DNA from: Ylistrum balloti
Taxonomy: Eukaryota
Length of the DNA: 64,000 nt
Direction of reading: 5' to 3'
NCBI RefSeq assembly: GCF_031769215.1
Contig: NW_026782127.1
Location: 186,001-250,000 of the forward strand
Shown: positions 13,707 to 26,754 of the stretch, in pieces
How the letters are laid out: each line of letters begins with the position of its first letter
How positions within the stretch are numbered: position 1 is the first letter of the stretch
The notes under the pieces: model-generated
Databases searched by the model: none
Seen by the model: the letters and a program-made list of their open reading frames with translations, nothing else
What the model was told of the DNA's origin: nothing
Position numbers and translations under genes: made by a program

Positions 13707-13785
13707 TAAGCCTGGACTAGGCTTAAACCCTTTTGAGATTCCTCCGTTAGATATAAATGAGTGCCAAGGAGGAATCTCAAAAGGG
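13707..13785. repeat. Double-hairpin palindromic element (foldback A)
   Basis: taagcct-ggact-aggctta (13707-13725), then a perfect 18-bp stem cccttttgagattcctcc (13728-13745) / ggaggaatctcaaaaggg (13768-13785) with a 22-nt loop. Confidence 0.85.
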
Positions 13786-13837
13786 ATAAGGCTATGGTCA
13801 TGCACGTGTCTACACCGCTAAACAGGTACTGGGGCAC

Positions 13838-14535
13838 CGGTAAATCTGGCTATTTATTCAGATATGGCTATATGTTTATAGTGCAAATGTAAACAACTTT
13901 ACCATACTTGGCATACATGATGTGCACATCGAAAAAACTGGCGGTGATTTTAAGGAGCGAGTAAAACAATAGCTTTCTGTCATAAGACACCATTTTCCGT
14001 GAATTGGTTGAATTTCGTCATTGCAATTTTTGATACTTGCATCCCTTTGTCCACATATTCCAATGGTGATACATGGAATTTCCTAAATACGTGATTAAAA
14101 CACCCCCATATTTCACTTGCTTCCACCACACAATTCACAATCATTGCAGACTTTATTTTTTGCACAGAAACATCATGCTGAAAGCACACCTTTAGCCTGT
14201 ATCTGCATCAAAGAGATGCTTATCTGCAGATGACACAATGGGTGAATGACGTCATATTGGATAGACTTTATAAATATACAGTTTGTTTCTAGATAGTGAG
14301 ATACTAGAAATAGGTAACAATGAAATTAAAAAAAAAATAAAACGCCTTAAATCGACCAAATATGCCAAAATCATTCATTTTCACTGACTTACACGATTCG
14401 TTATCCATTTTTTTATCTGCGCGAAAATAATGTGACCGGACATCACCTCGGTGTTTACATATAAGCCCTGTATACATGAACGTATAGTCAGATTTGACTG
14501 TATAGCAAAATCTGCATATAGAGCCAGATTTACCG
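13838..14535. mobile_element. Non-autonomous DNA transposon (MITE) with terminal inverted repeats
   Basis: Perfect 14-bp TIR cggtaaatctggct / agccagatttaccg, extended by imperfect subterminal similarity. TA follows the right end (Tc1/mariner-like), but the left TA is not preserved. No transposase ORF. Confidence 0.65.
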
Positions 14536-14543
14536 TAATCCCG

Positions 14544-14641
14544 TTTGGGATTCCTCATTGGGACTCATTTATATCCCACAAGGGACGTTACCAAACGTCC
14601 GATATAAATGAGTCCCAAGGACTTAGGAGAGGAATCCCAAA
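14544..14641. repeat. Triple-stem foldback element (foldback B), related to foldback A
   Basis: Stems: tttgggattcctc 14544-14556 / 14629-14641; ttgggactcatttatatc 14558-14575 / 14601-14618; ggacgtt 14583-14589 / 14594-14600. It shares gatataaatgagt(g/c)ccaa and gaggaatc(t/c)caaaagg with foldback A. Confidence 0.85.
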
Positions 14642-14994
14642 AGGCATTAGATCTGTCGGTGCTCCAGTAGGCAGTACCCACTAAACATCACGTGTCATGC
14701 AATATTTTACAATGATTATTAAGAATCATAACCGATCTCCTGAATTTCTACAAACATATACGACCGGACATACTTCGAATATGTACCTGTCTATAACACA
14801 AGATGTTAATTTTGTTATCGTAACTACACTGAATATTGCATTACATCCTCATGGATTTCTGCTGCCATCTGTGAGTTTTGGGTTTCCTCAAGGTCAATTT
14901 CATGTTTACTTTATCGGTGTAGAACCTCGTAACAAACAAACCTCTTAGCGACGAGGATTTATAGTTTCAGTTCTTGCCGACAGATGTCGCCAAA

Positions 14995-15007
14995 GTTGCT
15001 AGACAAC
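14995..15007. promoter_or_regulatory. Putative RFX X-box in the shared EBAG9/LKAAEAR1 upstream region
   Basis: gttgctagacaac resembles the GTTGCCATGGCAAC-type X-box and lies 114 bp upstream of the LKAAEAR1 ATG. Confidence 0.45.
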
Positions 15008-15120
15008 AATAAACAGTATGGCGACTACCATGTAGGAATAATATAATTCAACACGGTGTTTATATTAATTTCAACTGGTTAGCGAGACTTATTTATATGT
15101 TTGACCTTTAAAACTGAAAC

Positions 15121-18100
15121 ATGCCGGTAAGTTGTAACACTGGTTGTTTAAACGAAAACTAAATTGTGGGTAAGGGAGCTTCTTTGAACTGTTCAAGGAT
15201 ACCCCAATTTTCCGGATTAAAAAAAAAGATTGCCTGTAATCCGTCACACACTTAAACAATGTCCAGCTCCACACCCTCTCCGCTTCCTCCAGGCATATCT
15301 GCCTAGTGTTGAGTCCCATACATCTAGCATATGTTCAATGAATGACATGTACCAATTTAGGCTTCAAATATACCATATATAAACTATGTAAGTCGGACAG
15401 ACAATATTTTGGCTACTTTACAGAGAATTTGTTTAATAGTGGCAATGTCAGGACCAAATAACAGTGATACTGAAGAAGAATTTTGATACAGCATACTGTA
15501 TTTCTGTATTCTTAATCCAAATGTGTAATTCACGGGGGTGCAATAATTATGTTGCAAAACAGAAATGTAAAAACAAACGAAGATGAGCAATGTGTTTGAC
15601 AGAGACTATGTAATATATAGATTACTGAATGTGTGCTTGATTTTTGTACAGGAAAAACTCCCACCTATAGATCGTGATAATGGCGATCCTAATGAGAAAT
15701 TCAAGGCAAGGAATTGGAAGAAAAAGGATATCAGAAAAATGAATCCCCAACAAAGGAGTAGATACATGGCTGTGAGTAGTTGATATAAAGAAGATTGATA
15801 TGAATCAAATATTTCATTGTTTTGCAGTATTTTTAACCATTTTTCTTTTACTATACTATTTATATTGATTGCCATGTAGATTAAAGAACAGTCACTTTTA
15901 ACTTTTGTACTTTGAACATCATGACATGAAAATTTTAGTAGTTTTTTGTTTTTATCTAGAAGTACTGCAGTGCATTTGGTTAAATAAAAGATAGCACCAC
16001 CAGAAAATTTTGATAATCATTTAAAAAGAAAAAGGATAAGATATGAATTAGAAATGGTTTTTAGAAATAAATTATGAAGTGATATATGCAAGGAGACATG
16101 AAAAACAATATGATTTTACATATAATGATCAACTTCTGTTGTGATCATGACCAGTATGAAGAGCCATCCAAGGAGGCAGTGGAAGCTCAGAGTGTATCAA
16201 ACAAACGTCTGCTTGACAGGAAACGTAATGAAATGAGGTAAGTTTACAATGCACCTTAAACTTCAAGAGATTCATCCTCAAAAATGATTACTTTCAGTAC
16301 TTCAATGGAATATTGTTATTAAAATTAAATTTCAGTATTAGTCATTAGACAAAAAGACCTGACAGATTGTTCCGGCTGAGTATTGTCATATCAAGTTCAC
16401 AAAAGATCACCAACAAAACCTTTATGTTGCCTCTCTTATAACCGCTGTCAGAAAAATCACAGATGGAAATGCATCTTTCCAAACAAAAATATAACTTCCG
16501 TGGTTGTGGATTATGAGGAGATTTGCATTTTGAAAAAAACATTCTATATTTTACCATATAAAATATTGTTTGCTTGTTTATATTTATCTATTTAGTTTTC
16601 CCTTTTTTTCATAATAAAGCAAATGTTCATAATATTTTGATTATCAGGGAGTATTGCCAATAAAGCATATACATTTTTTGTGGTCTTAACTGCTGTTAAA
16701 AAGATATACCTGATAAAGATAGTAATGTACCAATGATTGAAATGAATAGAAAATTATGATAGAAAAGTTAGTGAAACCAATTAAACAATGCCAATGTTGA
16801 AAAGAATTAATTTTCAGAGTTCAGGTATTATACAATATTTCTGAAATGAAAAACTTAAGCATTCTGGCACTGGTTTACTAAAATTGTAGGAACTTACAAT
16901 CAGCAGACTACACTGGTTAATTGTGTTTATACAGTCACACCAGACTTAAACGTCACCAGTATATACCTGTTTGTAAAGTCCACAGTCCTACCTATCTATA
17001 AAGGTCACTGGGGTTCAAATGCAATACAAACCATAGTTTAACCTCTATTTGGGGTTCATCTGCCTAAAAAGGCCATGTTTCCCCTCTGGGTGGCCTTTAT
17101 AGACAGGTTTGCCAGTATTCAATAACAAGAAACTACACATAAATAGAATCAAAATTTCTATGTAGTTTTGATGGATTGATGGATTTAATTAACTTTCAGA
17201 TTTATCAATATTTGAATTTTAAAGACAAATAGATAACCTGTTAAATCAGTTAAAATGATAATTGACTGGATATGAGGATTTAATTGACGATTATGAAAAG
17301 GGAACAACATCCCATATGTATTGAAAGAATATTTAACAATTGACTTATTATTTAGATTTATTAATTAAGCTGATTTTAAAAGGCCATTTATACTTCATTT
17401 CAATTTGTTGCCAATTTTAAACAGTTTCAACATTAATCTTAGTTGTAAATTATAATTATTCTAAGATGTTAAAATTTCAGTTGAACAATTTTAATTGATA
17501 TGACACATTGTTTTACCAGGATAAATGCTCCACTGCCAGCCGAGGAGTATGATGAAAGAGAAAAACATGCCAAGTTAATAGGACAGTTGAAGTAAGTCTG
17601 TAGAACTGTTTAGGTACACAAGGTATTGTGTTAAAATATGATTGTGCTAAGTGAAGTTTCTATATTGCATTTTTTATATAACAATTATTGATAAGGACAA
17701 ATTCATCTTTGTGGTAATATTTTTAAAAGTATTAATGTGCTAAAATGTGATTGTTTACAGTATGTAGATAATAGATGAACACTGAAAATCTATGTTACTT
17801 AATTAAGGTTGTAAACATTGAGATGTTACTGAAAATAAATTGTGAAAGAAAGAACATTAATACATGTATCTCTATACAAATATTTTTAAGAATTATTGAA
17901 GGAGGATGGTGTGGTAAAACATAAAGGATATTCTCAGTGTCAAATTGAAATTTCAATAATAAATTTTGTTTTAGAGCTGCTGAATCAAGAAATAGATTAA
18001 GAATAATGAGGTTACGCTACCAATCAAACAAGGTAAGATGTGACATCCACCTTATTGTAGGAATAAGTCACAGGGCCAATGTATATAAATGTATTACCAG

Positions 18101-20105
18101 TTATAGTAAAGAAATGCTGATACAACAGATTATTAATTTTGTTAGTCTTTGATAACCTTAACCACCCCCCACCCCTCCATCCCCCCACACACTTTAAGGA
18201 ATTTGTATGATTGCCTTTTGGGTTCAGAGTGCTATGAAGATGTTAAACAACACAAAACGAAACATCGTTGATGCTTTGTATAAGGAGCCAAGTATAATTT
18301 CCTAAACATACTTCCGAGCCTTCCAACATTTTTATGGGGGGGTCATATAGTTTTATATCCCTTTGCCTCTCATCCTGAATTAATGTCATATCCAGCTAAA
18401 CTCATATTAAACCTATAGTGATGTAACATCAAGTTCTCCAGCTTTTCATATTTAGGTAGATATCAGACAAGGTTCAAGGGTCGCCTTTGAAAACGTCTAT
18501 ATATTCATCCAACACTTTGTAATGATATCTGGATTCCTTATAGTGAGGGAGTTGATGTCTTTCAGAGATTTTCTACTTATCCCTAAGTTACATATTAATT
18601 TACCCATAAAAGTTTTTTAATTGTTACTTCAAAAATCCAAATATTTATGTAAGTGTTCATCAGCATCCCCGTCCTGTGTGGACACAATCTCCATATGACC
18701 TGGCTGGTGATAGGGTGTAATAACAAACAAAAAATAAACAAACCGTAACCTCTTTCTGCATAAATAATAACAGAATCCTAATTCAAACTCAAGTTCAAAA
18801 GCAAAATATTATCAAAAAAAGAAGAAGATTTACAGAGACCCTAAAAGAGGAAGAAAATTTCTAGAAGCAAATTGATATTCTTATTCAATGTTTGGACAAC
18901 AACCTCAAAATTTTATGGATTTTGATAATTGACAATTTGTTTTTATTTATTTTTACTAATTTTCTTCCTCAGGTGAAATTATTGTTTGCAGTGTACATAT
19001 TAATTTTAGTAGAGAAAATCATTGATTTTTTCAATATGTTCTTTTATGACAGAGTCAAGAAATAAGTCATTTGATTGCCTGCCAACCGACTGCTGCCAAA
19101 GCTGTAAGGCTACAGGCATTGGTACCATCCAATCCAGAACGCAGAACCAGAAAGGACACTCTAGATAAACTATCGGTGAGTATATACGACAAAGTCTAAA
19201 CAATGTGGAATCATATTCTGGATAATTGAAATGCTAGAAAATAAAAGATCTAAGTCATCATGTTTTGTTTTGTGAATTTGGAAAAATGATTTAATGAAAA
19301 CTGTTCAAATAAACTGTCCAGGTCATTATCATTTTAATTGACTAAAGAAAAAGGTAAGATTTTGTCATTTAGGTACTTTCATATTTTAAGATTAATTAGA
19401 GAAATTGCAGAGATGAAAGTAAATAAAAAACAAAAGAAAATTAAAAAATCCAAGCAAATGAAAAAAATAGATAAAACGAGATGTGTTAAAGAAACACAAT
19501 GCCCCCTGTTGCGACAAAATTCATGAAGCGAGACATTAAAACTGTACCGTGTAAAGCATGTGCTAATTGCATGCACACTTTGTGAAACACTTGTGTCTTC
19601 ATTAAGGTAATGATTTGACAGTTTTAGTTCAAAAGTTTCGGCCAGTGTGAAGTTAAAGGTCATGGCCAAGGTCACATGATCAAAAATTTTGGGTTGCAAC
19701 AGAAAGGTCTGGTCACAAGAAATTCACATGCCATATATAAAAGCACTAACTCTTATGGTGCAATAGTTATTCAAGGTTAAAGTAGACAACAGACAAACAG
19801 GCAGACAAACAGACAGACAAACAAACAGACAAACAAACAGACAAACAAACCGACAGCACTAAAACAACATGCCCCTAATCTTTTGACCTTGGAACATAGA
19901 AATAGAACGATAAGAGAATGGATATGAATAAAGTTGTTGGAAAATAGATCACTATTTAAAAATAGTTGTAATTAAACAGGCTAATGAGTTGTAGAATTTG
20001 AAAAAAAATAATTTAATGAAATACATGGGTCTTATTTTGCAGAGGGAACGATGTGAACGATTACTTGAAGATTCACAAGGACTATTAGTGAACAGGGTCC
20101 ATTAA
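15121..20105 (+). CDS. LKAAEAR1: LKAAEAR motif-containing protein 1; exons 15121-15126, 15652-15771, 16155-16237, 17520-17591, 17975-18032, 19053-19175, 20043-20105; 174 aa
   Basis: GT-AG introns in phases 0,0,2,2,0,0 give MPEKLPP...KMNPQQRSRYMAYEEPSKE...KLIGQLKAAESRNRLRIMRLRYQSNKSQEISHLIACQPTAAKAVRLQALVP...KDTLDKLSRERCERLLEDSQGLLVNRVH. This matches recalled human LLGVLKAAEARGRVRALRLRYTRMRAEEIALLIQRQKSARAAIRLELFLP and DPLDRQERRRVETILE. The 2-codon first exon (ATGCCG|gtaagt) is the least certain part. Confidence 0.88.
19475..19900 (+). mobile_element. HINE/pearl-like Helentron-associated element in the last LKAAEAR1 intron
   Basis: 5' aacgagatgtgttaaagaaacacaatgcccc, a core with aggtcatggccaaggtcacatgatcaaaaatttt...agaaaggtctggtcacaag, an (ACAG/ACAA)n microsatellite at about 19790-19855, and 3' aaaacaacatgcccc...cttggaacatagaaa. 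This is the layout described for bivalve pearl/DTC84-type elements. Confidence 0.7.
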
Positions 20106-22483
20106 ACTCAGTCTTTGTTGTCATGTCGCATTACCATCATTTTATGTATATAGTGTACACTTAACAATGTGGATCATATTTCCATTATTTGTGGATCAGT
20201 TACCGACCACAGATACTGATGTGGATTCTAACACAGAACAATGTTGTGCTGTATGTGGCTTTTTGTCTTTCTATGGAAAACATCATAAATTTACTTGTAA
20301 TCAAATTTAGTTTGTTCAATCATGAAATCATGATTTTTGTGATATACTTGGCATGTAATCAATGAAATACTGTCTTTAGTTTTAAAATAGACTTTTCAAT
20401 CCTTAGGCCAGACGTTTTATAAAAATTTGTAGTTTAAGATGCAAAAGGGTGAGAATGGCTTTGATACTAGTTTACTATAATATTACTGAGCATATTTAGA
20501 TATAGTTTTTTAAATGTATATACATACACTTGTATGTCGTTCACAATAAATCTTACACAATGTTTGTCATATGAAATATTTTAGATTAGTATCGTCTAGG
20601 AATATATTTGCTATTCTTTTTTTAATGTTTCTCAGTGTATGTAATATTTTGTAGATACCTTTTAGGATATGTGAATGATGTACATATGTAAATGTAGTGT
20701 TGATGTTTATTTTTTTGAGTATTTATTCATAAGCTTCATATCATTGGTAATCATTATCACATTGTTCTGTTTCTTTTTTTGATTAATTAATTGATTAATT
20801 TTAATCTACCAATATTTTATCTTGCGTATCTACCATATTTTTGTTTTTATTTTTCAACGTGTTAAATGTGATTCAGTATATATACATGGATGCATCTAAT
20901 TTGCAGTCTTTGAATTTCCTACTAAATTCTCGCTCAAGTCACATGAAATGAATAAGTTGCTCTTTATTATTTAAAAGTTAGCATTTTCAATTATTTCACC
21001 TTTTAAAAATGTGTTTATCAAGATGTCCAATGAATTACAGAATTGAAATTTAAATGTGTTTTTCCTTGATTCAAAACAAAGAAACGAAATCTGTTAGAGT
21101 GTTTATTTAAATTCAAAATTCTTTTTATTGAATTATTATTGTGTACTTGTTTGATGGCCTCACTGAAGTTGTCTCCCTTCTCATGCTTTCAAACCGTTCA
21201 TATTAGGATTAGACATTTAAGTACATATACCATACAAAATTCTTACTTTAAGTCATTATTCTATTGTATATAAATACTGAAGTATGTAGAAACCGTCCAG
21301 GAATGCTGCAATATCAAGGAAAATAATTTCTGAAATTCCGCAAAGAATTGCCATGGCTTGCAGACACCAACAACAATACTGCCTTAGTTTCGTTAGAAAC
21401 AAAATATTGGAGTAAGTTAACAGAGAAAAAAAAACACATTTCATAGCTAATTTGCATTCAAGCAGTTCAAGGTGACAATGATTAAAACATACCCTGTCAT
21501 GTACATTTGAATGGTGTTGGTAGAAAATTTAATTGATTTTAATTGGTTTTCTGAAACTAAATAATATCTTACTTACAATTAGTTTTATTTAAGCTGGTTT
21601 TAAATTATCTTGTGTAGTGATCTGTATTTTCAATTAAATTTTCATGGTTTCACATATACCAGCTGAAGTCATGTAGAGATGACATCCATGGTTGGCCATA
21701 GATCATTTTAAAGTGACAGAATTTACCAGCGCATGGGACCATGATACTAAAAAAGGAAAAAAGAAAAAGTGTTGTTGTAGGAGCAGTAAGTAAATTTTGG
21801 TTTATCTCTCTTAGCAGAAACAGAAGAAAAAAATGATGGAACACACAGTTTTGTCATCAGGTACATTTAAACATGAGAACAATTTCAAAATATAATCATC
21901 ACATTATATATTTGATGTGAAACTTGATTTAAGCAAGTTTAAATAAAGTGAAAGAAAAAGCTTTGATATAAGTAAAATTTTCAGAATTAGGTACATTGTA
22001 TAAACTTGAATGTATGTTTAAAACAACACATTTATCCCAAAAGCAAAGATATATGTTCAACAAATTTTCCTTCACAGGAGAGAAATTACTTATGAGGAAT
22101 TTCTGAAATTATTTTCACTTTGGGGGGCTTGTGCAAAGACTGCAGGCCGTGGTGCATATAGGCAAATTTGTACATAGCTCAATAACACAGATGTCTCTTC
22201 AATTTTTTTGTGTAGACAGTAGTAAAAATATCTGTAGCTAGAATTATTTATCTTCCAAACAGTAACATTGTATCACTTCATTTCAAAATATTACATGTGT
22301 AGGTGTCTCTTTAACACAAAACTTTAACCCAGCGGTTGGTCAGCAGATGTTTAGATTCACAAAATCCCCATTAATGCACCCTGTATGGTATATATCAAAG
22401 AAGGGTGTCGTTTTTACTGAATATTGACCTAACCCTCCCAAAAACATCAAAAATATATATACTGATAAGATATATATGTACTG

Positions 22484-23424
22484 ACTGTAGGACTAAGATA
22501 TAATAATAATTATTGTATACTGACTGTAGGACTAAGATATGATAATATTGTATATGACTGTACTAAGATAATAATATTGTATACTGACTGTAGGACTAAG
22601 ATATGATAATAATTATTGTATACTGACTGTAGGACTAAGATATGATAATATAATGACTGTGATATAATAATAATTATTGTATACTGACTGTAGGACTAAG
22701 ATATGATAATATTGTATACTGACTGATATGATAATATTGTATACTAAGATATGATAATATTGTATACTGACTGATATGATATATTGGACTGTACTAAGAT
22801 ATAATAATAATTATTGTATACTGACTGTAGGACTAAGATATGATAATAATAATATTGTATACTGACTGTAGGACTAAGATATAATAATAATTATTGTATA
22901 CTGACTGTAGGACTAAGATATGATAATAATTATTGTATACTGACTGTAGGACTAAGATATGATAATATTGTGTACTGACTGTAGGACTAAGATATAATAA
23001 TACTAAGATATAATAATACTTACTGACTGTAGGACTAAGATATAATAATAATTATTGTATACTGACTGTAGGACTAAGATATGATAGATAATAATATTGT
23101 ATACTGACTGTAGGACTAAGATATGATAATATTGTATACTGACTGTAGGACTAAGATATGATAATATTGTATACTGACTGTAGGACTAAGATATAATAAT
23201 AATATTGTATACTGACTGTAGGACTAAGATATGATAATATTGTATACTGACTGTAGGACTAAGATATGATAATATTGTATACTGACTGTAGGACTAAGAT
23301 ATGATAATATTGTATACTGACTGTATAAGATATGATAATATTGTATACTGACTGTAGGACTAAGATATGATAATATTGTATACTGACTGTAGGACTAAGA
23401 TATGATAATATTGTATACTGACTC
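22484..23424. repeat. About 35-bp minisatellite with a variable (AAT)n insert
   Basis: Unit actgactgtaggactaagatatgataatattgtat (period 23103 to 23138). 38- and 41-bp variants carry extra aat triplets; units are more degenerate in the 5' part. Confidence 0.95.
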
Positions 23425-26179
23425 CTAGTTATCTGTCCTTGTGAAGAATAAATTGGCTGTTAAAGAGTCAGAACCCTTCAATTTAGACTTAAAACCACAT
23501 CAAGATGAAGGTTCTATGTTACTTCTGAAAATACAGATATCCCCTATGATATAAGTTTACTGCAGTTTAAAATATAGTTGTTTTGCTGTTTTAATTGTCT
23601 GTAAAAATATTACCATAGAAACTGTGTAAATATTGTCAGTTTTAATAGGGTATAAACCTATCAATTTAACAGAGTTGTTGGTAGAATGTAAAGAAGTAGA
23701 ACTAATTGTATATATATATTGTGTTTTATTTTTATCAAAAATAATGTTTAGGTTAGAAGACACACTGGTCTGTATCGTCATACATATATATTAGGTTCTT
23801 TCTTTTGATGGAAAACTTCACTCTGTTATATATAAAAAACATATTTTCTTTGTATGAATACGATATAGGAAAGAAAAGAAATTTACGGTGACTGTAGATT
23901 GAAAGAAGAATATAGGATTTCTCCTAAGCACGATATTTTTTATGCATTTACACAATTCACTTTCATGTTGGTACTGTAATACAGCCACTTTTCTTAACTA
24001 TTTTTCTTAATGTTTAATCTTCACCTGATCACGGAGATTCGCATTTTTTTATTGGTTGTATTGCACAAGGATGTGTATTTTAATATATTAGAAAACATCT
24101 CTATTTCACTCATCGTGGGCGTCCCTGTATCATTATATACCGTATATATAGACATTATTTACATGTGTAATTATCGTGGTATGTCAACCATTATAAACCT
24201 GTGTCGACTTCCCATGTATATGATAACAATTCTTTAACAAATTAAATAAATATGATTATGTATAGATGAAATTATGATGATATAATTAGCTCCCTCGTGT
24301 GTTTTTACTGATTCATAACAGGATTGAAGAATTTTATAACGCCAGACATGAAAGAATCATATGAATTAGTTTTATGTACAGATTTTGTATGTGGTGTATA
24401 TTGTATGTTGAAAGATGCATGTATGAATGAATTTTTTAAAAAAATATTTTATGTGTGCAGACTCATCTTTGCGTGAATAGTGCTGCCGTTTAAATGTACT
24501 ACATTTCATATGTATTTTTATTTTATTCATATTCAATGATAATATTGTACTTAATTACTGAATTTTATGATTTGTCCACCGTCTTCTATACTATACTTAT
24601 TGAGAGCATTTTTGTGATAAGTTGGCTTTCATAAAGTTAATGGCATGGTATAGGTCTCGGTAGGTCATAGAAGATACATACTATATTTGTACATGTGATT
24701 TTAGTTTTTAGAATTTTTGTGGTAAGTTGTCCCAAATATCAAGATTGCACACTGCCTTCACAGACCATTCAGACCTCACTCATATCACAAGACAGGTTAT
24801 GTTTTTCCCCGTGAAAATCCATTGTTTTTGGGACAGAAAATAAGTTTTCTTAAACAAAAGCTGAGGTCTGTATCGAATGTAAAGGCAAGGATACGTATGT
24901 GTAGGAATTTTTATACAGTATTCACTATTCAAAGTTTTCACATCTACTTATAGAACTGGAGATATAAATCTCTAATTTGCTTGAAATTTAATATCTGTTT
25001 ATGATTTGACTTTGAATCACAAGGAATAGAGTTTCTGAATTATCTGTGACAGTATGGCGGTGTTGAACACTATGACGTGAGACTAGTGAGAGAAAGTCTT
25101 TGGTTATTGTTATGAAGGTTGTGATATTTTGTGCGACACAAAATTAAAAAAAATCACATCTATTAGTTTTCCTGCGTTTTCTGTCATTTTACTATTTGGA
25201 AACTTTTTAATGGAAGCTGACCGGACTTTGACTTCTAGCAGCTGTTAAGAATGAATCTAGTGTTGATATATTCCTCATACACTTGTCATATCGAATTAAT
25301 GGTTTATAAATTGATTGATCAAATGAATTTTGACTACTTCTCATATGAATTATCGTCGTTATACCTAAGTATCTATTTCTTTATACCAGTCAGATCCATT
25401 GTAAATACAGCTCTTATTTTGAAAACATGACATTACTTAGACTTGACCGAAATTGGTCAGCATTAATGCAGAACATCGATTAGTTGACATATAAATTACA
25501 ATAGATTATTTCAAACGGAAGAAGAAACAGTTTTCACTTGTGATATTTTATAACATTCCATTAAACACTAAAACGATCTGGAAATTATTTTGTTGCACAT
25601 CTTGGGTGATTACATATTACATTTTCATCAAATTTAAATAAATGTCAATAATTTCTTAAATGTGTTACATGTAAAGAAAAAATGAACAAATCCACGTATA
25701 TTATCAGGAATTCTTTTCCGTGCTTTACATTTTAAAAGAAAAAAAAAGAATCCGGACGGATTTGAACTAAAACTCACAAGGCGGATTGCAGATACGCGAC
25801 GTGGAAGCCACTACTGAAAGCATTTCGCTTTCACTAAGCTATCAACACAGTTGGTTAAAGTATTGGCAGATGTCTCAATTTTAAAGTATTACAATGATGT
25901 AGCCCATACAGACAAGTAAATGTGTATATTACATAGGCCGGAGCAGATATACATGGTATTGGAAATTTATGTATATCTTCCGAATAAAGCCTTAATTAAG
26001 CATGAGAAACAATATATTTTCTCCAGGAAGTCATCACCCTGACAGGAGACAATTTTAAAGCATTTGTTATCATAGATTGGTTTGGCTTTTATAATATAAC
26101 TTTCTATCGACAGTTTTGGTTATTTAAGAATCATCCCTATGTATGGTATCAATGTCAGAGGAGTAAGTGTGTTTGTGGG

Positions 26180-26405
26180 AGATGACGATATGTTCCGGAA
26201 GTCGCAATGTGAAGTGTGTGATCCGGATTTATAGTGCCATCACACTGAAGTATACCCGCCGACAACAGACAGATCAGGCGTTACACTGCCACAAGGCTGA
26301 GTGTTAAGTGGTAATAGGTAACTACCATTCATATTTATTGTGGTATGTCTCGACCGGGAACATAATCCAAAGCTTTCTTCACTAGAGCGAATGCTCAACT
26401 CAAAG
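26180..26405 (-). mobile_element. Decayed tRNA-derived SINE-like remnant
   Basis: tatagtgccatcacactgaag...tggtatgtctcgaccgggaacataatcc...ctagagcgaatgctcaact resembles the antisense body and tRNA head of mollusc SINEs, heavily diverged. Confidence 0.35.
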
Positions 26406-26754
26406 TCATCAAACGGGACGAAGTGTGAAGGGAGATATTAAGGAAAGGAGTTATTTAGAAAGAAGATATTAGATAATGCATTGGATGCAACAGGTACAAA
26501 TTTTACAGCCTACCTACAGATCAGGCTGCTATTGGGACATAACACAGTATTTTCTCGTACGTCACTACAGGTATCTACCTAGATCTCCATAGGTCTATAT
26601 AATCTAACACAATAGTTTGTCATGTTCCCCTATCATTATCGTAATAATGACAGGTCGGTCGATCTATACTGTGGAGAAAACCAACCGCTTTAAGAGATCA
26701 CAATGTTATGACAGATGAATTGGATGTCGTGTCTTCGAGCTGTAGTCTGTTTAG

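Noticed and set aside
15583-15651. Alternative LKAAEAR1 start MSNVFDRDY...
   Set aside because: It runs through a clear polypyrimidine-AG acceptor (15650-15651). The ATGCCG|gtaagt exon at 15121 fits better, though neither start is proven.
25740-25830. tRNA-like segment on the minus strand (B-box gttcaaatcc followed by a T run)
   Set aside because: No consistent cloverleaf or A box; most likely a decayed repeat fragment.
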